A stretch of 64,000 bases of DNA from Catajapyx aquilonaris (taxonomy: Eukaryota), in assembly GCA_000934665.2 (NCBI GenBank), contig KZ537965.1, forward strand, positions 248,001 to 312,000. The letters are read 5' to 3'. Shown here in pieces: positions 38,883 through 53,500 of the stretch. Numbering within the stretch: the stretch's first letter is position 1; the number at the start of each line of letters is the position of its first letter. A program made the translations under genes and the position numbers. Under the pieces are notes generated by a model. That model did no database searches. It saw only the letters and a program-made list of their open reading frames with translations, and was not told where the DNA came from.

Positions 38883-41800
38883 TTGGTGGGGGATTGCCTG
38901 AAGGTCGGAGAAGTTTGTGCACAATAGCTCTTCTATTGACCTGGCCCGCCTTGTAACCCCACCTTTCAGGACAAACTAAATTGCACTTTACTGCTATATG
39001 GGATGGGCCCTACCCCCTTTTTTTTCCTCCACCTCCCCCCCCCCCCCCCAGGGGGGNCCTAGAGGAGTGAATGGTCCGTAAGGGGTTGGCTTCAAAAAAT
39101 GTTATCACATTTCAAGGAAACTGCAAAAAGCACCATGAGCGGTTCCTTTTCAGGTATAGAACAGCTTTTTTTTTAAATGCCAGCTGCGATTCTCTTGTCT
39201 CATACCTTCTTGAAAAGGAACTGGATTGCTTGAATATGAGGATGTGGAAATGGCGGTTCTTGTACAGAGATAAAAAGGTTTCCCCTTTCGGTTTGTAAGA
39301 TTGCAAAAAAAAACAACATAGGTGCAGCTGCGAGCGCCTTTTATAGTAAGTTTTGATTACGGTACTGCACACATGAGAAAAAAGACCTCATAATAATTCC
39401 GATGAACCAAGCGCAGGTGGTGCAATTTTTTTCACCTTTAGAGACCTAAGGTGCAGCAGCACAATGCTTTCTCTCTTGTAAGAAGTAATCTCTTTAGTAG
39501 GGGGAACCCGGAATTGCAATTATAGGAGCGAAATTGTTGCCTTTCAAGGAGGATCGGGGCTAATGAAAAGTGATATGAGTCATAAAACAGCAAAGCACCA
39601 CTCCCGGCGCCAAACCCATCTCGTCTTGGAGGATGCCCCACGTGTGCTCATTTCATCCAGGAAATTAGGCCCAAATCATGCCAGCACTGAGGGGCCTTTT
39701 TTGGCAATCTTCAGGACGCTAATTATTTAGCAAAGTTACTATTTCGCCAGCTAGGTCGATAAATGCGCATAGTTTTTTAATGCGGGATGTGTCAGAATGT
39801 CTGAATTTTTATGTTGCATGTATTATGTGATCGTTCTGCGTTTTTATGTCTTCATTTATGTACACATCCTACAGCGATAAAATCTGGTTATACATATAGC
39901 AAACAGCATGTCCTTTTTGTTCCAGCTTATCTGCTCTCCTTTACAAGAACATGGCATGACAAGTGATCGTTATGTACGGCACACATAACTGTAAGCATCT
40001 GCGCGACTGCACTACCTCCCCCCGATATAACCAGAAATAGGCCCGAAATGTGTCAAACAGTGTCCTTCATGATTATTTAGAATCGCAGTGACGTCACGGG
40101 CATTTTCCTGTCCGCAAACCAGACCCCCAACCTACTTTGATGAAATAGTTCGCACCGACTGGTCTACAAATCCTTGTCAACCGAACTAATGGGTATTGAC
40201 AAGTGGTACTGTACGTAAAATGCATTTGCTGTTCCGGCGAGGTCAAGCAGTTTGTGAACTATGCTGATATGAAACCGGCGGACACACACACACAAGGTAG
40301 TCTGGAGACACCCTGATTGTTATACGTGGGTTGCGGCGAGGACCCTTTGTTGCTTGGGCAGAGATTCATTTCCTGTGACCCACTTGCAGTACCGACACTT
40401 CCTCCATAACTTTCAGAGAGCTAGAGAAAATAAAAACGTAACCTATCGATTCGGTAATTAGATGCATGCACTTCCTGAATTGCAGTTGTCCGATTGCGAA
40501 AGATATGTCTTCCGGTGTGTGAAGAATACACGATGAAAATGAGCAAGAAACGTGTCATATCCCACGCTTTTTTGTGTGTGTTATATCAACTACAATCACG
40601 TTAGATGCATTGTGTACTTCAGTAATCTACAGGCGGATTCATTTGCGTGAACAGAAATTAAGAAAAAAATAATCTTCAATCATGTTTTGCAACATAATCA
40701 ACGATTTTTTCTTCATCCGAGGGGGAATATTATCCCCGTCATTGTTGCGTTGCAGGTGGTATTGAATGGCAAGAGCTCAGCCGATATACACATGTAGGTC
40801 CTCTTTCCCAGCAACAGACCTACGTATATGAACATGTTGACTATTGAGCGTAACAAAGCCATATGCTGGTGAAGTACAATGCTTTGAAGGATGAATAAAG
40901 TATGACGGTGTTTATGGGTACCTGATGACGTCTGCAGCAAAACGGCAGTGTGTATATCGTTGAAACTGCACTTGGTTGGAGTACACACTGAGTTAATATA
41001 CGTAAACAAAGCGGGAGTTTTTACTGCTAACGACCTGCGGAGAGAAAAGAGTCGCATTTTTCGCAACCGGGTTTTTTTGCGTATCGAACCGCCACTCACA
41101 ATGGCCTTTTCGCCAATTGTTGAATGGCAATTCACACAAACCTATCCGTATAACAAACTACGCTCAAACGGATTTGCCACGGAAAAAATTGCGGACCTTG
41201 CGCAGTGACGAAGGCCGTTCGATGTGAGTTAGTAGTAAGGAAGTGCAAAATTTAATAGCCTATTGCCCAATATTTGGCGACACGTGTACTGATCAACATT
41301 GCGCGTTTCCTTGCTCAATAATATATTGTTGTTTCATAATAATCATAAACAGATGCTGCCATCGGTTTGGGCAACTCCAGCAGCAGACATCGGAAGGAGA
41401 AGATGAGAAATCAATTTGATGTAGGTGGCAACTTAGCTCAGAACTTGGGCTGCGACCTTTTCCTGGCTGCATAATAAGCCTTACTTAACTAAGTTACGCC
41501 ACGATCTAGAGGGAGGCGAGGTTAATCCGATACCAGGAGAGCCCCCCCTTTATATAGCCTAGGCGCACTCTCTCGTATAGCTTATATAGATCGTCGCCGA
41601 TGCTGCTGTAGGAGCAATTTGGTCTGGCACCTTTTGAAGCCAAGCAACAGCAAGAAGGACAATAATGCGGGAGAGAGGGTACCTTCCACTCAAAAATTTT
41701 ACACCGGGAATTATAAATAGAGAAGATGTAATTGAATCTGGCAGGGATTTTTGTCTCGAGAGATTCGTGTCTGAGTCTGTCTCCAGACACTCTTTTTAAA

Positions 41801-44800
41801 AGTACAAAAAAAAGGTGTCCTGTAATCTGGGAACCGGTCCAATATGTCTGGAGCTGTTGTCGTAGTCGTCCATCCCTTTCCTTTCCTTATATATTTGTGC
41901 ACAATGAGATTATGAATCGGCGACGCCATGTTGCGGATCTACTGATGGAATTCAAAGAACTAGAACGAGACAGTAAAACAATCACACAAATTAGTCAAAA
42001 TTACTAGGACAGGTATTCGACCTTCAACAATAAAAATGAAAGCGTCTGTTGTGCCAATTTTTTTTTTGCCTTTAAAGGTAACTCCTACATTATTCCAGAG
42101 TTATTTCGCCCGATCTATTGATAGTCAAATAGTAGGCTAAAAATATGCCCTGGAGTAGGCTAGAATGTATAGTTGGTGTTGCACGATTAGTAGAGGGGCC
42201 ATAATTACCCCAGCAGTCCTGCCTCCAAATAAGGGCAAAGAATTGCAGGCTTGCGTTTGCCACGCGTCCGGATTTTTTTTTCGCCCATACACCCAAAAGC
42301 TCTCTGTATTTTTTAAAAAACCCCCCTCAAAACCCAGACCATTATTAGCGGAACCCAGGCAACCAATTCCAATCAAAATCCCCGCAAGTTCAAGCGTTAT
42401 CCGATTTGGTTCTGGGGCATAGTGTATTAGTAGTTAGTGTTTAGCACCTGACACGTACGTGTGTGTGTGTGTATGCCAAGGCCGGAAAAACTGTGGTAGG
42501 GAAAAAAAGGTGGGTTGAGTAATGTGGAGTGTGGTCTCCCTTCACAACGAGGTACTAATATGAAAGCGAGTCGGGTGCACCAAGCCTCGCCGCTCGTGTT
42601 ATCACACCTTTATAAATAGGCAGGCGGCACCGCTGCTTTAAAAAAAAGGACTATGAATGGTGGCGATGGGCTGATAGTCGTCGAGAAAAAAGAGAGAAGA
42701 GGTTACTCTTACATGTATAATGTAATACCATGTAACGATCGGAAGTGGACCTGAAATATCTACATTTGCTCCATTTTGTCACAAACATTTTTTGCTCTCT
42801 AAAATATTTATACATTTCTACGCCTCTCTTAATGACTTCTGTCGTATAGATGTTGCAGTACCTTGTGGGCCATAAAATCGGAATCCAGATTTAATTTTGC
42901 ATGGAAGACCCTCCCGTTTTCATTCTAAGAACGCACGGAATCTTATTTTTTTGGCGGATCAAGGCATATCCCCCTCCAATTGTACCCCCCCCCCCCCTCA
43001 ACCCCATTTGCTATCGCTGCACGACAAGGGAATAACAAATGTCGCACGCAATAACAAAAAAAAAGAAAAACCAGGGAGTTAGATTATATATTATTTTTGG
43101 GCCCAATGCCAAGAATGTAATTTCAAGTCTTGATAAAAGCGACGCTTACAATCTAGCCCATATACATACAAGCATCCGAGCGATAAGACAGAAATGTAAA
43201 CTAGGGAAATGCCCACAAATTGCAGATATTCTTATTTTAAGCTGTCGCTATAAAAGCCAGGGGGTTTTCAAGCCAAGTTCCCCCNCCCCCCCACGCCAAT
43301 TCACTGCTTCTTGATAGCATTTTTTTTTTCCTGTTTGACTTTCCTCGGGTTCCAATTTAAGAATGTGTTTATCCTCGGGATTTTTTTTTCCCCATTCGAG
43401 GTTTTTTGATGGCCACTCGTGCATTGTGTGTCGAGTGTTTATTCAAACGCTTCAATCAAACCCACCCTTCCTTTTATATATACAAACACAGCAGGTGAGC
43501 ATAAAAGGACTGTTTGATACCCAATAGCATAGAAAATCGACATGATTGCCACGATATATCGAAATCGATTTTTGGCATATATGTCCCCTTGTTCCCGATG
43601 CAAATCAATACGGAGGCCTCGACGTATGCCCCAGGGTGATCATTAGGAGTAGTTTTTAACTGGGAAGGTTTTTAGCACATTTGGACTTGACCTCCGAGGT
43701 CATATTGGGCCGAAGGAGGCGAAAGGGCAGAAAAGCAGGAACCCCGGATGTATCATCGATACATCGATTCATTCAAAGTATTTCATAACCCGACCAAAGC
43801 CGGGTATCCTGCTATTTCATATACATGTATAATCAAATACACTGTCCTACATTTGTGTTACAGATAATTCGGGATGAAATGTGATCACTGACATATATTT
43901 ATGGAAATGTTATGGTTATCTCTATAAGCAGATTTTTTGAAAATATCGATGCGACGGCCATAACCGTGACAATGTGCGTTTATTAGAGCGACAGTGACTT
44001 CAGAAAAGAAGCTCAAAAAACAGCACGCGAGCGAGAGAGAACCGCGTCGAATAATTTGTTTGCTAGGTGCTAATGAGAGCTGACAGGCAAGACAAATGGC
44101 CGGAGTGAAAGAGCACCTGGGCCAATCAATGGTGGTTAGCCCGGGCACCTTGGATATGAGCGGTGCGTAACTGCCTTGGGCTTTTGGGGCGGTTTTAATG
44201 CGGCACTAAAAGCACGCTGGTGCTGCGTAGGCAAGTCGAGGGTAGGGCACAGGGCAAACAAGGTAGTAAAACAGGGGCAAAAGGGGGGGTACAAACGCAG
44301 TGTTTCTTCCATGTTGGGAAAGAGAGACTATATGCTGAGGACGTTTCCATTTCCAATAGCAGGTGACATAAAGCGCATGGATGGGTTTCGATCCGGAACG
44401 AAACGCTGGAGGTTGTAAAAAGGACGATCCCAAGAGTCAACCCTCAAGAGTTGAGGTTTGTTCTTCGTTGTGAACAGGAGCTTTCCTGGAAGGAGGAGTA
44501 GAAAAAAATATATATGGGCCATTTTTTTTTCAAAAAAGAAGGTTGGACAGAATTAGAGCCCTGAACAAATTGAGACAAATTGTGAAGTAACTATGGTCAC
44601 ATAAAAATCAAGCACTGCAATTGGGTGATTTTTTAACACTGCTTTTACAAAATAAAATAATAATTTGCATAAAAGTTGGCCACTGCGCCAGTGCTCCAAT
44701 TTAAAGTTTGCAAATAACATTTTCCGTTTGCACAAAAATATGCGATTCAATTATTCAGTGCGCCGCATTACACCAAAGTCGCAAGTTCAACATATCAGGA

Positions 44801-47800
44801 TTTTATTCTCTTGAAAAGTTTCTACCGTGGACTTTTCGTCACTTCTGCAGCATTCGAAAGATGGGGGGGGGGGCTTCTAAAAACTTATAATTAATTACCG
44901 CAATACAAGGGGATGGTAATTTATAACTCCTGCAAAACCCAGTACAGCTCGCTCTACCGAGAATTATGAGAAACGCCTTTAATTGGATTAGTTTATTATT
45001 TTCAGACGGGGGTAAAATCGGATCTGAATTATTGATCCTCGAGGAAAAACCGAAGAATTATGGTGATGGAGTTTGTTTCTCTGTCACGGCTTGATGCTCA
45101 CTAGATTACACCTTTTTTAGACGCCAGAGAAAAAACGCTGCAGCGTCTGATCCAAAAAGAAATGCGGGTCAAGATAGGAATAATATCACACTGTGCCAGT
45201 TTTGCAATGATGCGTCGAATATTCGAGCCAGAGTCCACCAAACCGTAAATACCAAAGAGCATGCTATGGATTTGCCAAATAAAAATCCAGACAATTTTTC
45301 CACCCCTGAACAGACAGCTGGTTGAGGGTGTCCGAAATGAGCAAGCTCGTAAGAAAACACTGCAGTATTGTCAATTTTAAAAGGAAGTTGTGCCAACTGC
45401 TTGCCATTGCTTGCCATTGCACTGAAGAAAACGGGGCTCTTCAGAGGCCTTTGTAAAGGAAATGTATCCTATTGAGTGTTCCGGGTACTTCGTTTAACCG
45501 GAGGAAAGAAAATTGAGGCTGGCGCCACCACTGAGAGAGAGAAAGACTTGGAAAGAGGTTGAAGAGTGAAGAAAAATGAGAGTGAAATCATTGTAAAGGT
45601 CCGCTGTGGTGGCAAAGGCTTGCCAAGCTCTCGTCGACTTCCCGATTAAATTCTTCTTTTGTGGAGACACTTTTTTTTCTCTCCCTCTGTGTGTGTGTCC
45701 AACGTGCTTTTGTGCTCGGAACCGAGGCGTCACATTGTTCAAAGCTGTCAGATGCGGGCCAGGGATTAGTAGCTCAAAGTACGTTATTCATACCGGGCGA
45801 GATAATCCTCATTGTCTTTTCATGATTCTTGGAATTGTAGGGTCAACTGATTTACTCTATTAGTGTGAAAAAATTGAGCTGAACAAAATGAGATGTCTGT
45901 GCGATATTTCGATATATTTGGAAAATCGCGATGTGAAATAATGTAAAAACGACTTACTCTCACGTACTCACCATAGTCGCGGTATAGTAAACGTAGCATT
46001 AGCATAATTGATTTTGCAGTGTGTAGATGTGTACATGTTATTGTTGACCTCCATCTACTGGGTTGTCGAAAGGACAGTAATTTCCTCCTTGCAGTGCACT
46101 GTACGGGTCTGTCTTGGGACATGTCGCCTCTTCAGATTTTCTGCTTTCCAGATAGAGAGAGAGAGAGCTTGTTTCTATTGAGCACTTCTTGCTCCTCAAC
46201 TTGACCCGATAGGTCTAGAGGTGAAAGCCTCGCAGTGGCAAAATGCCTCTAGACGCCGTAGACTTTTAAAAAGGTCCCGCAACCTTCCCTTCCAACTTGT
46301 CCCCATTGTGTTGCTACCTCTAATATCACGTTGCACTAGATATTTCACGCTGATTACACCCCCAGTGTAATTCAGGCCGCGGCATTTAAAGAAGCGGCTA
46401 TTAATAGGCTCTTTTCTTTCCCTGCTAAAAATAAGAGGCATTGTCAGAAATAGTGGCAGGAATTGCTCAAGTTGGTTTGGGGCTGTGTTTAAACTTATTA
46501 TGCAGCCAGTTAGTCGATGATAATTATCTCTTGTGACATGAGTCTCATCCTGGTTGTTAGATGAAACATACACAGCTCGAAGCTGCGTTGCGAGAAAGTC
46601 GTCTCTTCAGGCGCTGCTCTTTGCTCCAGTGAGTAGCTTTTGTGGCAAACAAAGGATTAGAGAAGCCTCTCTGTGTATGGATAATGATACCGCCTTGCAG
46701 AGGGTGAAGGTCGCAATTAGCTTTTCTCAGCAAAATTGTTGCTTTCTGCAGCGCATTTTGTGGTCAACAATGGCATACGTGTTGACGTCCTGTTGTTCCG
46801 TTAACTGACAATTAAGGTGTGGTCTGGTGGTGACTCGCGCATAATTTTTTTTTCGAGGTAAAGGTCAAAATTGAGTGATGTAAACAGGTGGTTTGTTTAC
46901 AACAATATGGCCCAAAATAATTCCGAGGCAAACTGTCGGCAAAAGTTATTAGCTTAATTGCTCTCTGTGCATGAGTTATAGGCTTAAAATGCCAATTACC
47001 CTGATGACTCATTGGAATTTTCAAGGACGTTTTAATTAGCCATTTTAAAATAATGGGGGAATCCCAGACAAGATCGATATAGTACCATGATGATTGTGTT
47101 TCGTGTCGATGGGATTTTAATTAAGAAAACTTGTTAAAACTTTCACTTGTCCAGAATATGACGTCTTTTGCAGCAATTGTACATGTGACTCAGTCACTAG
47201 TGAAAAGAAAATTGTCCACTAATGAGAAACAAGCTCTTGACCTTCCCATAGGTGTCTTGACCCGTCTGCCAGGTCATCATTAGTCGGCAGCACAGGGTCG
47301 TTGGGTTAAATATACACTGGCGAGTGATAGTTATGCCGGATGCTTCTCGCCAGACAGTGATTATTTGGGTGGGGTTGCCGAAAAGGGCAAGATAAAAACG
47401 AGCCAAGTACAGCAAAAAAAATTATTGGCAAAGTGAAAGTTGTAAGTAGCAGCGATTTTTTTTTCAGCAAATCACTGCTGCTGTCAGAAAAGCAGTTATT
47501 TGTTTGTTTTAAAATACGTGAAGTTAATTCTGTTTCGGGTTCGACTGGCCCCCAACCCGTATATATCCGGGCCTCCCTTATTCTCTTGTCCGAATTCCTA
47601 ATAGGTGAACGCGTGCCGAGGGCTTGTTTGTATGCAAATTTCGGCTGAGTTAGATTTGCCCAAAGTGTCGCAGATGTCGGGGAGATTCCAACCTCTCTCC
47701 CCCCCCCCCCTTCTCCCTTACATCAGAGGGACTTTCTCATTGGCACATCTCTGACATGCACTCCTGAGGGAACCCGGACAGGAAGTTTCTTTGCTGCAGA

Positions 47801-48734
47801 TTTATAACACACTGGAGGAATCCGGTTAATTTAATTGCACCCGGCACTATTTTCAGGCGGGCCCCCGGAAAGTTTTGCGAGCAAGTTTTCCAGGTATTTC
47901 AAGCATCTGCGGCGTCTCTTCTCAGACTTGCAGTTTCGAGGAACACTTGCTGCTGACGTCTTTCGTCATGAAACTTAGTTCTCGGGAGTCTGTGTTGTGC
48001 AAAATAAAAAATAAAAATTTATGTACATGCTTTGCTTTGCGGATGACTCATGCGGGGTGGTTGCGACAATGATGAGATTTTGAGTATTGTTGGCACCACA
48101 TTCCTGAGGCACGTGTTTCCTGCAAAGTGAGCAGGATGGATGATGTCTAGAGGCGGAAATTGCAACAAAAGCTGGAAGGCAAACGCCTACTACGGCTAGT
48201 CTAGGGCCTCTTTTTCAGGGTCTGCTGCAGATCCAGTTGCTTCTTGGCAAGGTGCGAAGGTCGGTGCTTGCTTGCTTTGTATGAAGGGCTTCCTTCCCCA
48301 GCATCGCGCCATGGAATGCTTACGTAATTACGAATTGTAAACAGTAATTACACAGCCCTTGAAGCCTTGCCATTGGAGCAGCCAGCACGTGGGGTTGGGC
48401 TGCATATGTGCACCACATCATACAGTGTTTATATTTACTGGCTACTAACAGGAAGGAAGGATGTTTCTCATGGATATGCTGACTTTCGTGGCATTTAAAT
48501 CGAAGGACCTGCTGGAATATTATGGCGTATGGCCAGAATGAAGTGGCATTTCGTGAACACGGGGCAGGAAGGTTGAATTGCGATGCAGAAATAGTGTTTT
48601 ATTGGACGTGCAATTGTATAGTAGAAAGGATTAAAATTGCGGAAAGTTGATGGTATGCTGTTCATGGACGTTCTTGCAAAACTTCTATTGCAAGCAGCGA
48701 TATGGTATGAATATATTCTCAGAGAATAGATGTG

Positions 48735-48876
48735 GTCCGTTAAACGAGAGAACGATGTGACGTCACACCAAGCTGTGTTTTCTGAGCATGCGCAGTTGTA
48801 TGATTGCAGAGCGATTCGGGGAGATGATTGGAGGGAAGTGCCGGGTGACGTCATATCGTTCTTTCGTTTAACGGAC
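48735..48876. mobile_element. 142-bp MITE with 32-bp terminal inverted repeats
   Basis: gtccgttaaacgagagaacgatgtgacgtcac (48735-48766) versus the reverse complement of 48845-48876, gtccgttaaacgaaagaacgatatgacgtcac: 30/32 identical. Confidence 0.85.
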
Positions 48877-50453
48877 TTCATACGAGCATGTAAAATAACG
48901 AGAAATGAGACATCATTTTATAATATTTTTATTCTGTTTAAATTTTAGGGCCATATTCCTATAGTTCAAAGATATCGTTTCAGGGGACCGATTTAAGCAA
49001 CAACAATCACAAGTTAAATGTTGGCTTCTAACGACTCGAAACGAACACATATACGTAACACTGGCCTCTAGTTACGTGTTACACAGAACATTTCAAAGGT
49101 TGACGTGTCACCCTCATATAATAGCTATATTTGAACGTTTATCTAGTTTTAGGACCACTTAAATTGTAATTTAGCCATCAAAGTCCGGTTTCAGATGTTC
49201 GACTTCATTGACTGAACTTGCCTGAACTCTTCCATTGAAACCTATCCTGGACGTCACGCTCTATCTCGAAAATAATATTATGCTACTGTTCTGAGACCTG
49301 TACTTTTAACATGTCTGTTCTAGGAAACATCTGTCCTTTTACGTAGGCTATGTAGCCTATAGAAGTTAATTCATAAAAAAAACAATGGACAAGTATTGAG
49401 CAATAGCCTGACTGCCGTTAGCATAACACGTGGTTGACGCATGATTTTTTTTTCTCAAACGTATAAAAACTTGCCCATGTACAAACCTAGGATTAACACA
49501 CTCGTCAGAAGGACAGGGTGCCTATAAACCATTTTACTAATATATTTTATCGCTTTTTAATGCTGACATTGAAATAGTAATCCCTGCTGTTTTTTTCTTA
49601 ACTCATGATAACACAGGCTGCAGTCAATTGCATGGGCGGTGCAGACCTGTCAAGGTGTGATATATGGATATAGTGGGATTACAACGATGTGCCACTGCGT
49701 AATAAGCACTCTAGTGGAAAAGACTTTAATTGCAGTCGTTCTCACGCATACTGCGACTTGCAGGGAAACATGTTTCAGTCTCCGCGCTTTTTTTAAAAAT
49801 AAAAAATTGCATATTTTCCATAGAGACTCATCCCATTTTTTTGACAATTTTGAGGACACGACCGTGATTGCGTGCTGCTCTAGTTTCTATGGGCGTGGAA
49901 AATCACAAGAGCCAACATTGTGCCAGGAGATAATGATAAGGAAGGCGAAGTAGCGTAATCACTTTACGGGCTACGCATTTATGGGATTTGCCACCCGCCG
50001 CTTGGGCGATAACTCCACAGTTGCTCATTCCATCCATTTCCCTGTAATTAATTTTGTATCATTTCATTAAATGGAGAGAGAGAGAGAGAGAGAGGGCTCT
50101 TTGAAATGGGAATGTTCTGCCATGGCAACTCGGACACTTTGCAGCGAGGGAAAATGTAGGGGGGGGNACGCGGTGACACCCCCTGTGACCGCTGACAATT
50201 GTCATGTGCGCGTGGATGTACGGTTTAGTGCAGGAGGAATTTGCGCGTTTATGCGGTGACTAATGGAGAACAGCACTGAGAGAGATAAATAAAATGTACG
50301 AGCAAGTCTGGAATAGTAGGTTGAAACAACTCCTCCCCAACTACTGATCCGGATTAGGACTCAACACTATTGTGAAATGAGTCTTCATCACACTGTATAA
50401 CCAGAGAAAATTTTTGCAAAATTTTTCGCAATTCTGTATGCACGCATGTTTGT

Positions 50454-50514
50454 TCACAGCTCCGCCCACTTGATTCACAGCCCCACCAATTTGATTCACT
50501 GCCACGCCCCTCAC
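50454..50514. repeat. 21-bp degenerate tandem repeat, 3 copies
   Basis: ttcacagctccgcccacttga / ttcacagccccaccaatttga / ttcactgccacgcccctca. Confidence 0.75.
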
Positions 50515-53500
50515 CAATGCGCTCACCTCAATACAGACGACCCCAAGACAGCTTAAAACCTTCCCTAATTCCTAGTTTTTAGTAATGAAAGCAATCCTTT
50601 CTGGCACTGAATCTGCATGCAAAACGGGGAGGCCCCACACAGCCTTGAAGAAAAAGAGGAAGTGCTCGTGGACTTTGCAATCTCCCTTGCACGTGCCGGC
50701 CCAATTTGCATAATACTCCAAATAAATCAAGACCTCGGTTAAAGTTTTAAGGTGCTTTTATTGCGTTCGGTATGTGCGTGTAAATCATACGCAATGTGTC
50801 TTAAGAAGGTACCCCCCCCAAAAAATGTTCATTTTTTTTCCCAAGGCCAGCTGTCAGAATAAGGGTCCGAATAATTTATCGAAACAGGACTAACATTGTT
50901 CTCTCTTTCTTTTTTTGGATTTTTCTGGCTTTGTCAGTCCAGTTCATTTTTCAGCTCCTTCCGTCCCCAACAATATAACGTGTGACGAGAGCTGCTTTCC
51001 CAAATATCCAGGGTCGCATGGTTGGAGATGATTTATGGAGCAATGAAAATAACTGAGAGCTCGCAGTGGTCCAACCCTCTACCCTCACCTCCACGTGTCT
51101 CGAATCTCACCAAACTCTTCCGTTTTTGGGGGAGGTGCGGGGAATCCCCACACCAAAAAAAATATCCTTGGTCCGAATAGTCTCATTTCCTGTCCATCCC
51201 TGGTCAACTGTCCATCAGGATCTTTTTATATATATATAGGAAGGACCCCCGATCGTTGACAGACATTTTAGGGAGCAAAGGAATGTGGTAAATTAGAATG
51301 GGGCAGACCTTCGTGTGCTAGTTAAATTCCAAGAATAGGTTTTGCGACTTGCATGATACACGCCTTAAAAAGCTCAAAAATGTGCCCGGCTAGACGGTTC
51401 GCAAAAAAAAGCGAGTTCCGTTTTTTTCAGGCTTTAAGGAAAGGTCAACTTGGAGGAACAATTTGAGTGATCCTTGATAGGCATACGAAGCTTGACTTTT
51501 ATTGCTAGAGTGATATGAACAGCCGGTATATCATTCGAGGGTGTGCATAACTCAAACAACTGCAGTCTATTGGTGCGCAGAATAAAAGGCACGTTTTTAC
51601 GACCATCACTAGAAGGCCGACAATGAAGGTAAACTGCTTAACAGCACCGCTATTTTGTGTTTTTTTTTCCTGATTTATTAGCATTCGACCCTCAATACAG
51701 TTGTAGTCCTATCTTTAGCCAATGAAGGCCGAGTGCTAGTATAAATATAGCCAAATGCGGACAGGTGACACAAAGAGTCGTCAAGTATCGGTTTGTAAAC
51801 GGCGCGATCTTTCCTACCCATTGTGACTACCCCACACAAATAGATTCTGGAAGCTGTTACCCCCCTACATGTTATACCGGAACGCATTGTCGGTATGCCA
51901 GAAAAAAATAGGAGAAGTGACGGGATACGCAAGTTTGTTGCGGAAACTGGATCCATTCAACAAACGGATGCAATTGGCATGAATGAAACGACGTAAAAAT
52001 GCAAGTCCCCGGATACGACAGACTGCACAGTGATCACGACAGAGGAAGGCCAAAACTGGTAATCATGTGGGGTTGGTTAGGCCATACTTTCTCTCCCCCC
52101 TCCCCCCCCCCCTAGGCAAAAAAACACCTCATCGAAACTGAGAGCTGGCGTGCTTGGACCTGTCCAGTTCATAATTCAAAGTTCCCATAGTCGTTCCGGA
52201 CATCCCCTACACATTCCGAGCTCGGACTCCATGAAAACGGGTCATAGTATTTTGGAAATGTGGACATGCATGTCGTGCTAATGAGCAGTCGTCATATAAC
52301 TCATAAGTCACTTTTGCGATACACTCCTTTTTTTTCCTACTAGACATTGCCTATAACTCCAGGCAATACCTAGGGAAGAAAAAAAAAGGCTTTCTCTCGA
52401 CCCTCGAAATGAGAAAATTCCGAGGATTTTCAAGCTCCTGCTGAGGAGAGCTTTGGAATTTGTGAGGCTATTAATGAAGACCAGGAGGCGTCCCTGTGCT
52501 GAATGGAAAAGTATATAGTGTGTTACCGTACTTGTGGTCTTCATTAGATCATGTGTACTAGCAATTTGTAATTTTGTATTATTCATGTCAGATCCAGACT
52601 TCAGGGAAACTTTCCGGTGGGGGGAGGGGGGGGGGGCAATAAAAATGTCGGCGACCTTCCGTGCCCTTTTACTTCTTTAACTGGCAACTCTGGTGAAAAG
52701 TTCGGGGAGAGAAGACACGGCCAGACTCTTCGTCCTTTTACCTCAGAGTCTAGCACGTGTGTAGGACTATAAATTCCAAGGGAGGCACGAGCCCTATCTC
52801 GTACAGTGCTCTCTGCCAACTCGGCAGAAAATTAGCAAACAGCTCGCAACAACAAGAGACGGGGAAAAAAACTGCAAATTGACAACCCGTGGCGCCAGCA
52901 GGTTTATGATTTTTTTTAAAAAAATTGTGTAAAAATAATCGGGCTGTATTTATGTATAGGTGGGAAAAATGGGAAATGACCCATTGTCCAAGCCACATTA
53001 TGTTGAACAATCGCTTCCTATTCATATTTTCCTTGTTTATCCTAGCATAAAATGTGCTGTTTTAGAACAATGGAAATGATATCACTTCTATGCTCAGCTT
53101 AAAATGGTGGGTAGCAAATTATTATTATTATTTTTTTGCACAAAAAATATATTATTTTTGCGGACAAGCATAACTCCTGAGGGGGGGGGGGGAGCGAAAA
53201 GTGAACCATTTTCTCGCCGCTTGTCGTGAACAACAGCTTTTATCTCGCATCTGAACTTTTACACAACAGGAGATCCCACAGTAAATTCCGGATTGTAAGG
53301 GTGGGTTTTTCTTTTGTGTTCCAGGGGAACGTTTTATTTCTCTTGAACAAACGCATTCGGGCCGTCTGAGATATTACGAGGAGTAATTTTGGTGTGTTTT
53401 ACGTCTGGATTTCCCAGATTCATCCGGCGGGGGGGCAGCAGCTATAAGATTACACGCCAGCTTTATCATAGCAACCATTTTCCAGAAAGGTTGGCAGACT

